Below, in pieces: positions 9,799 through 19,464 of a DNA stretch of 64,000 bases. Source of the DNA: Thermodesulfobacteriota bacterium (GTDB taxonomy: Bacteria > Desulfobacterota_D > UBA1144 > Nemesobacterales > Mycalebacteriaceae); the NCBI GenBank assembly GCA_965205855.1, contig OZ242184.1, forward strand, positions 1,312,001 through 1,376,000, in the 5' to 3' direction. Positions within the stretch are counted from its first letter, which is position 1. Each line of letters opens with the position of its first letter. Made by a program: the position numbers and the translations under genes. Under the pieces are notes generated by a model. It made no database searches. It had not been told where the DNA came from and worked only from the letters and a program-made list of their open reading frames with translations.

Positions 9799-11253
9799 GT
9801 GAACTACAGTTTTTGCTTCAACACACTCGGCAGCTTCCTACGAATCCTTGGAGTGATGATGCTTATTCCGGCAATTCTGCCACTGATAGAAGGCGAAAAA
9901 GGGGTAATAAGCCTTATCACTTCCGCAGCCATCACCTTCGGCGCGGGGGTGATTCTCGTAATTTCCACGCGCACAAAAGGGGAGATTGAGGAAATTGACA
10001 GAAAATCCGGATTTCTGGTGGCGACCCTGTTCTGGGTTGGCGCGAGCTTGTTTGGCGCCCTTCCCTATCTTGCTTACGGTACCCTGACAAATCCGGTGGA
10101 CGCCATCTTTGAGGCGACAACAGGATTTACAACCACCGGGTCAACCATCATAGCGGATGTTGAAAGTCTTCCTCACGCAATAACCCTTTGGAGACACCTC
10201 ACACAGTGGGTCGGAGGAATGGGAATTGTCGTTCTCGCAATAGCAGTTCTTCCGCGCCTTTCAATCGGGGGCGGGCGGCTCATGGCTCTTGAAGCTCCGG
10301 GCCCGTCAACGGAGCGGCTTACGCCCAAAATCGCCGAAACCGCAAAAAGCATCTGGTTTGTATATGTCGCGCTTTCGTTTCTGCTTATCGCCATCCTTCT
10401 CGCGTGCGGAATGTCTCCGATTAACGCCGTGGCACATTCGTTCAGCACAATGTCAACCGGCGGGCTTTCCTCTCTCAACCAGAGTATTGGAGGTTTCAAC
10501 AGCGTTATTATTGAAGTTGTTATCATGATTTTTATGTTCATTTCGGGAATGAATTTCGTAATTTTCTATCTGGTAATGAAGGGAAAATGGAAAAACGCAT
10601 TCAGAGGCGAGGAGTTAAAACTCTATTTTTTTATAACCGTCATGGCGATTATTGTCGTCTTGCTGGATGTGTGGACGCATCACAGTTTTGAGGATTTTGG
10701 CGAGGCGTTGAGACACTCGGCTTTTCAAGTCGTCTCGGTGGTAACGACAACCGGCTACAGCTCAACCGATTTTATTTCCTGGCCCCCGATGTCATTGCTG
10801 GTGTTGAGTCTGATTATGATTGTCGGCGGGTGTTCCGGCTCAACCTCCGGGGCGATGAAGCAGTCAAGGGCAATTATTATCCTCAAAAAATGCTACGATG
10901 ACATGAGAAAAATGGTCTATCCGAACCTTGTGTCCACAATCCGGTTTGACGGCAAAAAAATAGACAGCCCCATCGTCTCAAATATAATGAGTTTTCTTTT
11001 TCTCTACCTCACGACTTTGCTTGTGGGAACCCTGTTGATAAGCCTGATTGAGCATGAGCATATCGGCATCGGCATCGCGTTTTCTTCGGCAATCGCCGCA
11101 ATAGGAAACGCCGGAGGGGGCCTGGTGCCAAACGACCACTACGTGGGATTTGAAAATTCCACAAAATTGATTCTTTCCGCACTGATGATAATAGGAAGGC
11201 TTGAAATCTATACGATTCTCGTGCTTCTGATACCCGATTTCTGGAGAAAATAG
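9799..11253 (+). CDS. trkH: Trk potassium uptake membrane subunit TrkH
   Basis: TTTG, STGG, TTTG, GNAG pore loops; GRLEI. Confidence 0.95.
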   Translation: MNYSFCFNTLGSFLRILGVMMLIPAILPLIEGEKGVISLITSAAITFGAGVILVISTRTKGEIEEIDRKSGFLVATLFWVGASLFGALPYLAYGTLTNPVDAIFEATTGFTTTGSTIIADVESLPHAITLWRHLTQWVGGMGIVVLAIAVLPRLSIGGGRLMALEAPGPSTERLTPKIAETAKSIWFVYVALSFLLIAILLACGMSPINAVAHSFSTMSTGGLSSLNQSIGGFNSVIIEVVIMIFMFISGMNFVIFYLVMKGKWKNAFRGEELKLYFFITVMAIIVVLLDVWTHHSFEDFGEALRHSAFQVVSVVTTTGYSSTDFISWPPMSLLVLSLIMIVGGCSGSTSGAMKQSRAIIILKKCYDDMRKMVYPNLVSTIRFDGKKIDSPIVSNIMSFLFLYLTTLLVGTLLISLIEHEHIGIGIAFSSAIAAIGNAGGGLVPNDHYVGFENSTKLILSALMIIGRLEIYTILVLLIPDFWRK

Positions 11254-11255
11254 CC

Positions 11256-12194
11256 ATGGAGTTTCTGAAAAACTTTTCCACGGAGGAAAGTTTGAAAACA
11301 GTTTGCGCGCTGGGCAATTTTGACGGAGTCCATTTGGGGCATCAAAAGGTTATCTCGGCTCTGAAAGACAAAGCGAAACATTACGGCGTAAAATCATGCG
11401 CGGTAACTTTCAACCCTCATCCCCAGAAATTTATGGGAAACAAAACGGTCAGGCTGCTTGTGCCTTTTGAGGAAAGGCTCCGGTTGCTTGAAAAAAGCGG
11501 GCTTGACATATGCGTGAGCCTGGAGTTCTGCGAAAGTCTCGAGCTTATGTCTCCGGAAAATTTTATCAGGGAAATAATGGTGGAAAAAGCCGGAATTAAA
11601 TCCATAGTGGTGGGGCCGCGATTCAGATTCGGCAACAAAAGAAAAGGCGATGTTGGTATGCTGAAAAATCTGGGCAGCAGGTTCGGATTTGAAACCACGG
11701 TTCTTGAGCCAGCACGAGTCGGAGGCACGCGGGTCAGTAGCAGCAGGATAAGAGACCTGATACTTGAGGGACGCGCGGAGGAGACTTCCGAGTTGCTCGG
11801 ATACAATTATTATGTGAAAGGCGTCGTGGACAAGGGAAAAAAACGCGGAAGGGAAATAGGGTTTCCAACAGTCAATCTCAAAACCGACTGGGAGATTCTT
11901 CCCGCGCCGGGCGTTTACGCCACAACCACGGTGATTGACGGAAAATCCGGAAAAAGCATAACCAACATAGGACGCAGGCCCACTTTTGGAGAAGACAGCT
12001 TAACGGTTACCGAAAGTCATCTGCTCGACACGGACGGGGATTTCTACGGAAAAACCGCGACCGTTGAGTTTGTAAAGAAGATAAGAGATGAAAAAAAATT
12101 CGGCTCCGCACGCGAGCTGTGTGCGCAGATAGAAAAAGATATTGAGCGGGTTCGCGTCATACTGAAAGACAAAGAGGAAAAGCAACCGGAATGA
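11256..12194 (+). CDS. ribF: Bifunctional riboflavin kinase / FAD synthetase
   Basis: GNFDGVHLGHQ, VSSSRIR, GREIGFPTVN. Confidence 0.97.
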   Translation: MEFLKNFSTEESLKTVCALGNFDGVHLGHQKVISALKDKAKHYGVKSCAVTFNPHPQKFMGNKTVRLLVPFEERLRLLEKSGLDICVSLEFCESLELMSPENFIREIMVEKAGIKSIVVGPRFRFGNKRKGDVGMLKNLGSRFGFETTVLEPARVGGTRVSSSRIRDLILEGRAEETSELLGYNYYVKGVVDKGKKRGREIGFPTVNLKTDWEILPAPGVYATTTVIDGKSGKSITNIGRRPTFGEDSLTVTESHLLDTDGDFYGKTATVEFVKKIRDEKKFGSARELCAQIEKDIERVRVILKDKEEKQPE

Positions 12195-13054
12195 AAGTCT
12201 CAAAAACACCGGCGGGCGTAACGGGTTTGTTCGGCATTTTCGGACATCCCGTGCGACACAGTCGCTCTCCCAACATGCACAACGCCGCTTTTTCCGCCCT
12301 TGGAATGAACTGCATCTATCTGGCTTTTGACATTCTTCCCGAACTGGTCAAACCCGCCGTTGAATCTTTGCGGGCGCTCTCAATACGCGGAGTCAACATA
12401 ACCGTCCCGCACAAACAGGCGGTCATGCGGGAAATGGATTTTCTCGCCCCGTCCGCCGAGCTTGCGGGCGCGGTCAATACTGTTAAAAATCAAAACGGCC
12501 GGCTTGAGGGACACAATACCGATATTGAAGGCGCTCTCAAAGCGCTTGATGTTTCAATGGGTTTCCGGCCGGGGGGAAAAACCGCCCTTGTCATAGGAGC
12601 GGGCGGAGCCGCAAGGGCTTTGCTGTCTGGGCTTTGCATGGAAAACGCGACAATGGTTTTTATCGCAAACAGAACACCGGCAAAAGCGGAAAACCTTGTG
12701 AATGAGTTTGCGGGGAAATTCACAAAAACACGGGTGGAATATTCGGGTCTTGAAGGTGCGGAAATACTGAATAGTGCTCGCCGCGCAGACATCATAATCA
12801 ACTGCTCGTCCGGTGGGATGGAGGGAAACACGCCGCTTGAAATTCCCCTTGAGGAATTCGGCGGGGAATTCGGGGTTTACGACCTTGTTTACAAACCGCG
12901 CGAAACCCCTCTTGTCGCAAGAGCGCGGGAACTCGGAATAAAGGCGGAGTCGGGAATTGATATGTTGCTATATCAGGGAGCAAAATCATTTGAGATTTGG
13001 ACCGGGAAGGAAGCTCCGATTGAGACCATGAAAAAAGCCCTGGCCGGAGGTTGA
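12191..13054 (+). CDS. aroE: Shikimate dehydrogenase
   Basis: HSRSPNMHN, NITVPHK, GAVNT, NTD, GAGGAA. Confidence 0.96.
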   Translation: MKVSKTPAGVTGLFGIFGHPVRHSRSPNMHNAAFSALGMNCIYLAFDILPELVKPAVESLRALSIRGVNITVPHKQAVMREMDFLAPSAELAGAVNTVKNQNGRLEGHNTDIEGALKALDVSMGFRPGGKTALVIGAGGAARALLSGLCMENATMVFIANRTPAKAENLVNEFAGKFTKTRVEYSGLEGAEILNSARRADIIINCSSGGMEGNTPLEIPLEEFGGEFGVYDLVYKPRETPLVARARELGIKAESGIDMLLYQGAKSFEIWTGKEAPIETMKKALAGG

Positions 13055-13059
13055 AAAAA

Positions 13060-13806
13060 ATGGCACAAAGCACTCTTTTGATTTACGAACCCCTTGGCTC
13101 ACTTCCGGGTGCGGAATACTGGAAGCAATACATAGAGTTCTACGAGAAGTTTTGGGACAGACCCGCTTCTCACAAATCAGCATGGTGGGGAGCGGAATAC
13201 GATGAATTCAGAAAATCCTTTGCAAACAGCCTCAATATCGGCACGGACGAAATAAGGAACTGTTTTTTTACAAAAAAAGACGCCGATTATTTTGTGTGTC
13301 GTCTGGGCGACGAGTCAGGTTTCAATATCATTTCATCCGAAAACGACATTCCGTTTGAATGGCTTGCGGCTTTTGACGAAAAAAAGCGCGATTTCTTCTA
13401 CACGCATGTCGGCTTCGGAGCCGTTCATCATGACTCAATCTACTATACGGAAAAAATAGGAAAAGCAATGGAAAGAATAGAAGCCGCCGGCAAATTTCTC
13501 GGGCGAATAGAAGAAGCGGTTTCCAAGTATCCCGTCCTTGAAAAATTAAGGGAGCTACCCGCGAAAGCAGCGGATATGAACAGTTGGTTGCGCGGTTTCA
13601 ACCCGGAAGGGGAAATAGTTTTAAACTACGGCGAAATATGCTCCTTTATAACCCGAGACTCAATGAAAAACGAGAACTCCGTAGGCGACTTGAAAAGGAT
13701 AATCGCAAGTGTGGACAAGGGCGACTTTGAAAAAGCGGAGTCCGATTTGAAACTCTTGAACGCCAAATGGGACGAGATAAAAAGCGCGATTCACAGGAGC
13801 GGTTAG
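13060..13806 (+). CDS. Hypothetical protein
   Basis: About 250-aa ORF with GGAGG upstream, operonic with aroE; start TTG 13051 or ATG 13060. Confidence 0.75.
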   Translation: MAQSTLLIYEPLGSLPGAEYWKQYIEFYEKFWDRPASHKSAWWGAEYDEFRKSFANSLNIGTDEIRNCFFTKKDADYFVCRLGDESGFNIISSENDIPFEWLAAFDEKKRDFFYTHVGFGAVHHDSIYYTEKIGKAMERIEAAGKFLGRIEEAVSKYPVLEKLRELPAKAADMNSWLRGFNPEGEIVLNYGEICSFITRDSMKNENSVGDLKRIIASVDKGDFEKAESDLKLLNAKWDEIKSAIHRSG

Positions 13807-13842
13807 CTGCTGTTAGCATCCCGAAAACAGAGAAGTTTCATA

Positions 13843-14679
13843 TTGAAAGCCTTCTGCCTCGCGAAAGACAGCATAGAGAGAAACTTGGAATCGTTCTTTA
13901 AAGAAAACGGTTACTACATTCTCTCCCAACGGCTGTTTGAAGACAAGCTTAGAGGCGGTTTTTTTATAAGAACGGCGTTCAACTCGGAGCGGGGCGAAGA
14001 GGAAATTGAGAAAATACGTGACGGATTTTCCCGCGCAGTGGCCGAGAAATTCGGCATGGAATGGGGGATTTACGACCCGCTCAAGCCGTTCAAGGTTATG
14101 ATTATGGTCTCAAAACTTGACCACTGCCTGAGGGATTTGCTTTACAGGTGCGAAACCGGACGCCTGCCGATGGAAATAACCGCCGTTGTTTCCAACCACA
14201 ATAATTTGCGCGAATATGTTGAAAATAAGGGAATAAAGTACATTCACCTGCCCGTCAGCAAAGAGACAAAGCCGCAACAGGAAGCGAAGCTTTTGAAAAT
14301 CATCAAAAAGACGGATACGGAACTTGTTGTGCTTGCGCGTTACATGCAGATTTTCTCCGCCGAAACCGCGGAAAAACTTTATGGAAGATGCATAAACATA
14401 CACCACTCGCTGCTACCGGCGTTCAAGGGCCCGAAGGCCTATCATCAGGCATACAAATACGGAGTGAAAGTTGTCGGCGCGACTGCGCACTATGTGACTG
14501 AAGATCTGGACGAAGGACCGGTAATTGAGCAATGGTCAACCCGTGTTGACCACACTAAAATGCCCGAAGACTTAAAAAAAATCGCAACAGAAAACGAACG
14601 AGAAGTCCTCGCAAAAGCGGTCAGATACCATATTGAACACCGCATATTCATTGACGGAAGAAGAACGGTTATTTTGTAG
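13843..14679 (+). CDS. purU: Formyltetrahydrofolate deformylase
   Basis: VSKLDHCL, VLARYMQI, INIHHSLLPAFKG, TAHYVTEDLDEGP; start uncertain. Confidence 0.93.
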   Translation: MKAFCLAKDSIERNLESFFKENGYYILSQRLFEDKLRGGFFIRTAFNSERGEEEIEKIRDGFSRAVAEKFGMEWGIYDPLKPFKVMIMVSKLDHCLRDLLYRCETGRLPMEITAVVSNHNNLREYVENKGIKYIHLPVSKETKPQQEAKLLKIIKKTDTELVVLARYMQIFSAETAEKLYGRCINIHHSLLPAFKGPKAYHQAYKYGVKVVGATAHYVTEDLDEGPVIEQWSTRVDHTKMPEDLKKIATENEREVLAKAVRYHIEHRIFIDGRRTVIL

Positions 14680-14699
14680 GGAAGATAAACCCGAACGGT

Positions 14700-15119
14700 T
14701 TATTTGTTTTTCAGCAACTTCACAAGAAGATTCAGTTTTCTTTTAAGAATCCGTTCATCTTTGAGTTCACACTCCCATATCCGTAATGTATTCCATCCCA
14801 TACTTTTAACTGTTTTATCCACAATCCTGTCGCGCTTTTTATTTGCACCTATCTTTTTAACCCAGAACTCTTTGTTATTTGTGGGGACTTGACCATGCCT
14901 TGGACAGTCATGCCAGAAACACCCGTCAACAAAAACCGCCACCTTACATTTTGGAAAAGTAATATCTGGTTTGCCAAAAATTGGATATTTCCGGCGCCAG
15001 CCAGTCAGGCAATTTTGCTTTAATATATCAATCAGTTTTCCTTCGGTTGATTTGTTTCCTGTGGACCTTACCCTCGCCATAAGCCACGATCTTTTTTCTT
15101 TGGTATAGATGTCAACCAT
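14700..15119 (-). CDS. vsr: Very short patch repair endonuclease
   Basis: D-x-KEKRS-xM, GKPD, FVDGCFWH, FWxxKI-xN-xxRD, IWEC; ATG 15119 overlaps the upstream stop. Confidence 0.95.
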   Translation of the reverse strand: MVDIYTKEKRSWLMARVRSTGNKSTEGKLIDILKQNCLTGWRRKYPIFGKPDITFPKCKVAVFVDGCFWHDCPRHGQVPTNNKEFWVKKIGANKKRDRIVDKTVKSMGWNTLRIWECELKDERILKRKLNLLVKLLKNK

Positions 15120-16757
15120 TGATTTGTGAGTCATCAAGTTGACACAGGAGAAATGAAATCAAACTCAAGATATTTAAGCAATCTTTTCTCTTAAACGGCA
15201 AACTATCAACCGGAGTGTGAGCTGCCAAATTTCTAAATCCTTGAAAGAGACCAACCGAAAGAGAGCATTGACCTTTTTGCATATTGATTTCGTTCCTACT
15301 GGACAGCTTTGAAATTTGAACTTTCGGATGGTTAGTTATGTCAAATTTACCGTTTTTAAATTCATAAACGACATTAAAAGCTTTCCTCATCATATCGACA
15401 TCACTCTTATATTCACCATCCATTTTTCCTTTAACCTCACTGGCATAGATTTTTACCCTTCAGTTGCAGCTTCCGGGTATTGTTCATTTTCATAATATTC
15501 CTTCAGTCTATCTTTTATTTTTGGGTGCAGATGGTGCCAATGATAGCGTGCATAATGTGAAGTAATCCCGTATAATTTTTTGGTAAATTCCGTTGCTATG
15601 TCAGTTTCAATTTCAGGAATATCTTTAATGTCTTCCAACAACTGAATGACTATATTGTCCATGGGAGACGGAACCGAACCGAGCCAGCCTTTTATATCGT
15701 GTATATTTTGAATGGTTTCGTTTTTTATATTTCTGCGCTTTTCACGCCAACCCCTTTGAATAGATTGAACACATTTTCGAATATATTCATGTAAGTTGTT
15801 AGCTTCCGCATCACCCCAAGTTATACTTTGTCTGTTAGTAGAGATAACATCTTCTGAAAAATCTTCTATAAAATCAACGTGTAAAAATCCACTCAAATAT
15901 GAAAAGAAATGACTGGATGTTCCCTCGGAAAATTGATAGGGTGTTTGAACAAGTTTTCCTCTGGAAAACAAAGAAATGCCACGTGCGTTAAATCTTGGAG
16001 CAATTGGTTTTCTGGTCGTGATAACTTTTCCTTTAATTTCCATTCTGTGCTTGTATTGAGGATCAATATCAACAAAATCATCAGGAAACTCCCAAGAGAA
16101 TTCCTGTTCAAATCCATCAAAGCGCATTTCGTTTGTTAATTGATTTTCTTTATTATTGTTATATCTAAAGGTGACGGTAAATTCTTCATCAAAAATAAAA
16201 AATTTTGCTATACTTTGAGCCAAACTTTCTTCTGAAAAATCAGATTCCCTTTTTATATTTTCCAAAGTTATTTCCGTACCGAATTCACTTTCTTGGGCGG
16301 GCTGATCCAGTGCAATTGGATTTATAACGTAGTCCCCGTCCGCACTCATTAAGCTATTCCAATCCATGGAAAATTCGTTTCTAATGCTATCTTTGACGGT
16401 TCTTACCGTAATCGTTTGGACAATCCCAAAAAATGAAAGTTTCCCCAAACCTTTTTTGCCAATGACTCTTCTACCTCTCGGAGTCAAACCTTCTTCTTCA
16501 TCCCTGCGGTTTCTCCCAATAACAAGAAACTTACTTCTAATACAATCTGAAGACATACCTATTCCGTTGTCTCTCACGACTATTCTTTTGTTTTCATCCG
16601 TATCATGAAGTTCTATCTCAACTCTTGTGGCATCGGCATCATAGGAATTGGCTACCAGCTCACTCAAAACCGGAGGAAGAGTCGAATACATACGAACCCC
16701 AAGGTGTTCTATGGTCTTAGGGTCAAATTTCATTACAAAATTGTTTTGTCCGTTCAT
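15112..16757 (-). pseudogene. GHKL/MORC-like ATPase fused to TIGR02391 (Ymh/HEPN-like) domain, split by a 1-nt frameshift near 15455
   Basis: ELVANSYDA, DNGIGM, GKKGLGK GHKL boxes; reads GAA GGG TAA, and one extra G restores EGVKIYASEVKGKMDG into the 15112-15423 frame containing GFRNLAAH. Confidence 0.8.
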
Positions 16758-16767
16758 AATACTGCCT

Positions 16768-17073
16768 TCAATAACCACAGACAGACTTGGCTATTCTATA
16801 TGCAAGTTGTGGGGGAACCGCATTACCTATTAATTTGGTTACAACCATAGAACTGTTGGATTGAAACTTATAATTTTCAAATGTTTGCAATGCCGCGCCT
16901 TCCCTGAGAGACAATCCTCTATGTTCTGTGGGATGTGCAAAGCGACCATTGGAAATTCCGCTAAATCTTGTTGTTAGAGTTGAAGCGGGTTTTTTCCACC
17001 TTAGTCTACCGTACACATCTTTGAAACAATTATCCCTTCCCCGATAGGCTCGAAGTTGGAGATTAGGGAGGAC
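16768..17073 (-). pseudogene. C-terminal remnant of a C5-cytosine DNA methyltransferase
   Basis: YGRLRWKKPASTLTT, HP-EHR-LSLREGAALQTF (motif IX), IGNAVPP (motif X); motifs I-VIII absent and an in-frame stop at 17074-17076. Confidence 0.88.
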
Positions 17074-18859
17074 TTACTTTTATGCGAAATATTCCATTAC
17101 GTAAAGATCCTGAATTTGGCAATACATCAGGTGTGGGATGCACAAATTCACCTTGATTGGCGTCTCGTATTAGATAGTCATTTTCGGCGTCCGTCTTACA
17201 CCGGATCCACCTGTAAGAGTTGATGGGTATACTTTTTATGTCGTCCTTCTCTAAATTTATTGGCTTTAAGTATGTTGGGAATATTTTCCCTTTGTATATT
17301 TCCTCGCCCCCGGGCATTTGGGTCTGATCCATAACAATATCTCCAAAACCAAAAAGCTCCTGAAGATCAGGATTATTCTTGACAAGATTAGAAAGGAATT
17401 CCTTGCTGGATTCTTTCTCGATTTGTTCACTTTGGCGACGAAGTTTTATTTCTCGCGCATATTTTTTTAGTTCCCCGTCCTCTTTCAGGGAGTTTATAAC
17501 AATTTCCTTTAATTCCCTGGTCAATTCTATTTTTGCCATTCTTTCCCGGTCCGGCTTAAATACTGCGGAACGTGCCGTATTATCCATGGCATTACAGTCA
17601 ATTTGAACAAGGAGGTGATTTCTTAAATCATCAAGTTTTGCCTTTCCCAGAAAGCTGGCTCTCTCTTTGGCTTGAGATTGACCGTTGATTGTATAGAACA
17701 TTCTATATGGATGGTTACGCAGATAGTCTTTCATAGCGTCCAATACAAAATAAGATATGCGAATAGTTCCCAAGCTGAAATTCTCTGAATTTTCAACCAC
17801 GCCCTCAAAATCGACTTTGCTTGTTTCATCTTCATTATCATCGGATTTGAGTACCGTTTTCATGCCTGAAAAAGTCCTTGGTGCTATACCTTCCGATCTA
17901 AGACCAACCTTTGTTGGTTTCGCATCAAAGTCATAAAGACGAAGAGGCAAGGCACAGTCGATAAGGTTCGTCGTAAGCGCGTCATATAGACCTATGTCAA
18001 CCGCACGGGCCCCGGGGCCTATGTCATATTCATACAATTTCACAACGCTGCCTTCGTGAATAACCCCGATGTCTTCTCTATCAAAGACTTTTATTTCATC
18101 AGACTTAAAGCAAGCAATTTTACCACTGGGACAAAAATACTCGACCACCGGTAATTCTTCTCTTTTGCGAACCCCCCTCACTCTTATGAGAGTCCAGCCC
18201 CATAATCCGTCTGATTCGGATGTGGTTCTTTTGGAAAGAACAAATTTGTACATCCCTTTCCTAATTTCGCCCCGAGTGCAAAAAGTTATGGATCCGGTGC
18301 TACCCATGTTAAAACGACCTTGAACAAATGGTATCCCCTCTTTGTTTTTTTCTCCGAGAGACAAGAAAGTTTTTTCAAAATCCCCATGATTCTGACCTTC
18401 GCCGAAATCAACTATCGTATAATTGGGGAATTTATCCCTCTTGACTTTCCGCTTAACTCCTATCAGAACACACTTTTCAGCCAGTGCCGTTCTTTGCCCT
18501 TGACTCAGCAACGTCAATTTTCCTTCATGCACTTCGGGAAAAAATAATTTGACCGCTTCACTCATACTTCGGGGGAGCGTTTCGCTTTCAAAATTCAACC
18601 CTTTTTCCTTAGCCTTCCGCATAAGGATTGCATCAATAGAGTTAATAATCAGTTCTGCAAGCGCACCGACTGGTTCACTGGTTTGAACACCAACTCTGTC
18701 CCAATTCTTTTCAGCGCCGCCATAGGGCCTCCAATTTTCATCATCAGCAAATTCCGCCTGATCGATTAAAATTCGTTCAACTTCCTCGGTAGACATAGCA
18801 CGAAGAAGATGTTCCGCCGTTGATTTGGAAAGGTTACTGTTGGAAAATTTACTTGGCAT
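17063..18859 (-). CDS. Divergent GHKL-type ATPase of unknown function, probably C-terminally truncated
   Basis: ALAELIINSIDA, DFGEG, QGRFNMGSTG; ends abruptly at the junction with the MTase remnant. Confidence 0.75.
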   Translation of the reverse strand: MPSKFSNSNLSKSTAEHLLRAMSTEEVERILIDQAEFADDENWRPYGGAEKNWDRVGVQTSEPVGALAELIINSIDAILMRKAKEKGLNFESETLPRSMSEAVKLFFPEVHEGKLTLLSQGQRTALAEKCVLIGVKRKVKRDKFPNYTIVDFGEGQNHGDFEKTFLSLGEKNKEGIPFVQGRFNMGSTGSITFCTRGEIRKGMYKFVLSKRTTSESDGLWGWTLIRVRGVRKREELPVVEYFCPSGKIACFKSDEIKVFDREDIGVIHEGSVVKLYEYDIGPGARAVDIGLYDALTTNLIDCALPLRLYDFDAKPTKVGLRSEGIAPRTFSGMKTVLKSDDNEDETSKVDFEGVVENSENFSLGTIRISYFVLDAMKDYLRNHPYRMFYTINGQSQAKERASFLGKAKLDDLRNHLLVQIDCNAMDNTARSAVFKPDRERMAKIELTRELKEIVINSLKEDGELKKYAREIKLRRQSEQIEKESSKEFLSNLVKNNPDLQELFGFGDIVMDQTQMPGGEEIYKGKIFPTYLKPINLEKDDIKSIPINSYRWIRCKTDAENDYLIRDANQGEFVHPTPDVLPNSGSLRNGIFRIKVSPP

Positions 18860-18905
18860 TGCTTAACAATAAAGAATGAGAAATCTGGAACAGGGTAGCA
18901 TTGGA

Positions 18906-19457
18906 TTACTTTACAATCAAACCCTCAACAACCTCTTCAAACCGCTTTGCTCTTTCCTGTCCGATATGGGTTTCCCCTATCATTTTATAAACAATTTTGC
19001 CACTACGGTCCACAATGTAGAAAGCGGGCCAGTAACGGTTTTGCATCTTTCTCCAGTATTTGAAATCATTGTCCATCATTACGGGATGGGTGAGATTGAA
19101 CTCCCTGACTTTCCCCTCCAGATTTTTTCTGCTTTTCTCGCGTTCAAACTCCGGCGTGTGTATTCCTATCACCCGAATTTCGCTGTTTGCAAAACGTTTT
19201 TCCATTTTCAAAAGCCAAGGGAAAGAACGGTAGGAATTCCAGCAGTCAAAAGCCCAGAAATACACAACGGTAACCTTGTTTTTAAGAGAGGACTTTTCAA
19301 GCGGCTCCGAGTTGAGCCAGTCTTTCTGCAGCGATGAGGTGAATTCCGGCAATTTGCGCGAAATAAAACCGTCCGCATGCGCGGGCGCGCCTCCGAATAC
19401 CGCGCACGCAAGAAAAAATATTGACGCAAGCAGAGATGTAATTCCGGTTTTTTTCAT
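18906..19457 (-). CDS. Exported redoxin (DipZ/TlpA-like thioredoxin fold), CxxS
   Basis: Signal peptide MKKTG...AHA, FWAFDCWNS, IGIHTPEF, NRYWPA. Confidence 0.85.
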   Translation of the reverse strand: MKKTGITSLLASIFFLACAVFGGAPAHADGFISRKLPEFTSSLQKDWLNSEPLEKSSLKNKVTVVYFWAFDCWNSYRSFPWLLKMEKRFANSEIRVIGIHTPEFEREKSRKNLEGKVREFNLTHPVMMDNDFKYWRKMQNRYWPAFYIVDRSGKIVYKMIGETHIGQERAKRFEEVVEGLIVK

Positions 19458-19464
19458 AAGCAAC

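Larger units (their letters stand above)
14690..18880 (-). other. AT-rich, defence-like island inserted between purU and the oad operon
   Basis: Visible drop in GC, R-M-associated gene content; no integrase or terminal repeats seen. Confidence 0.75.

Noticed and set aside
14815-14823. Perfect DnaA box TTATCCACA
   Set aside because: Single copy inside the vsr coding sequence; no cluster or unwinding element
15450-15462. Programmed -1 frameshift producing the ATPase-HEPN fusion
   Set aside because: GAA GGG TAA is not an X XXY YYZ slippery heptamer and no stimulatory structure was seen; mutation or sequencing error is simpler
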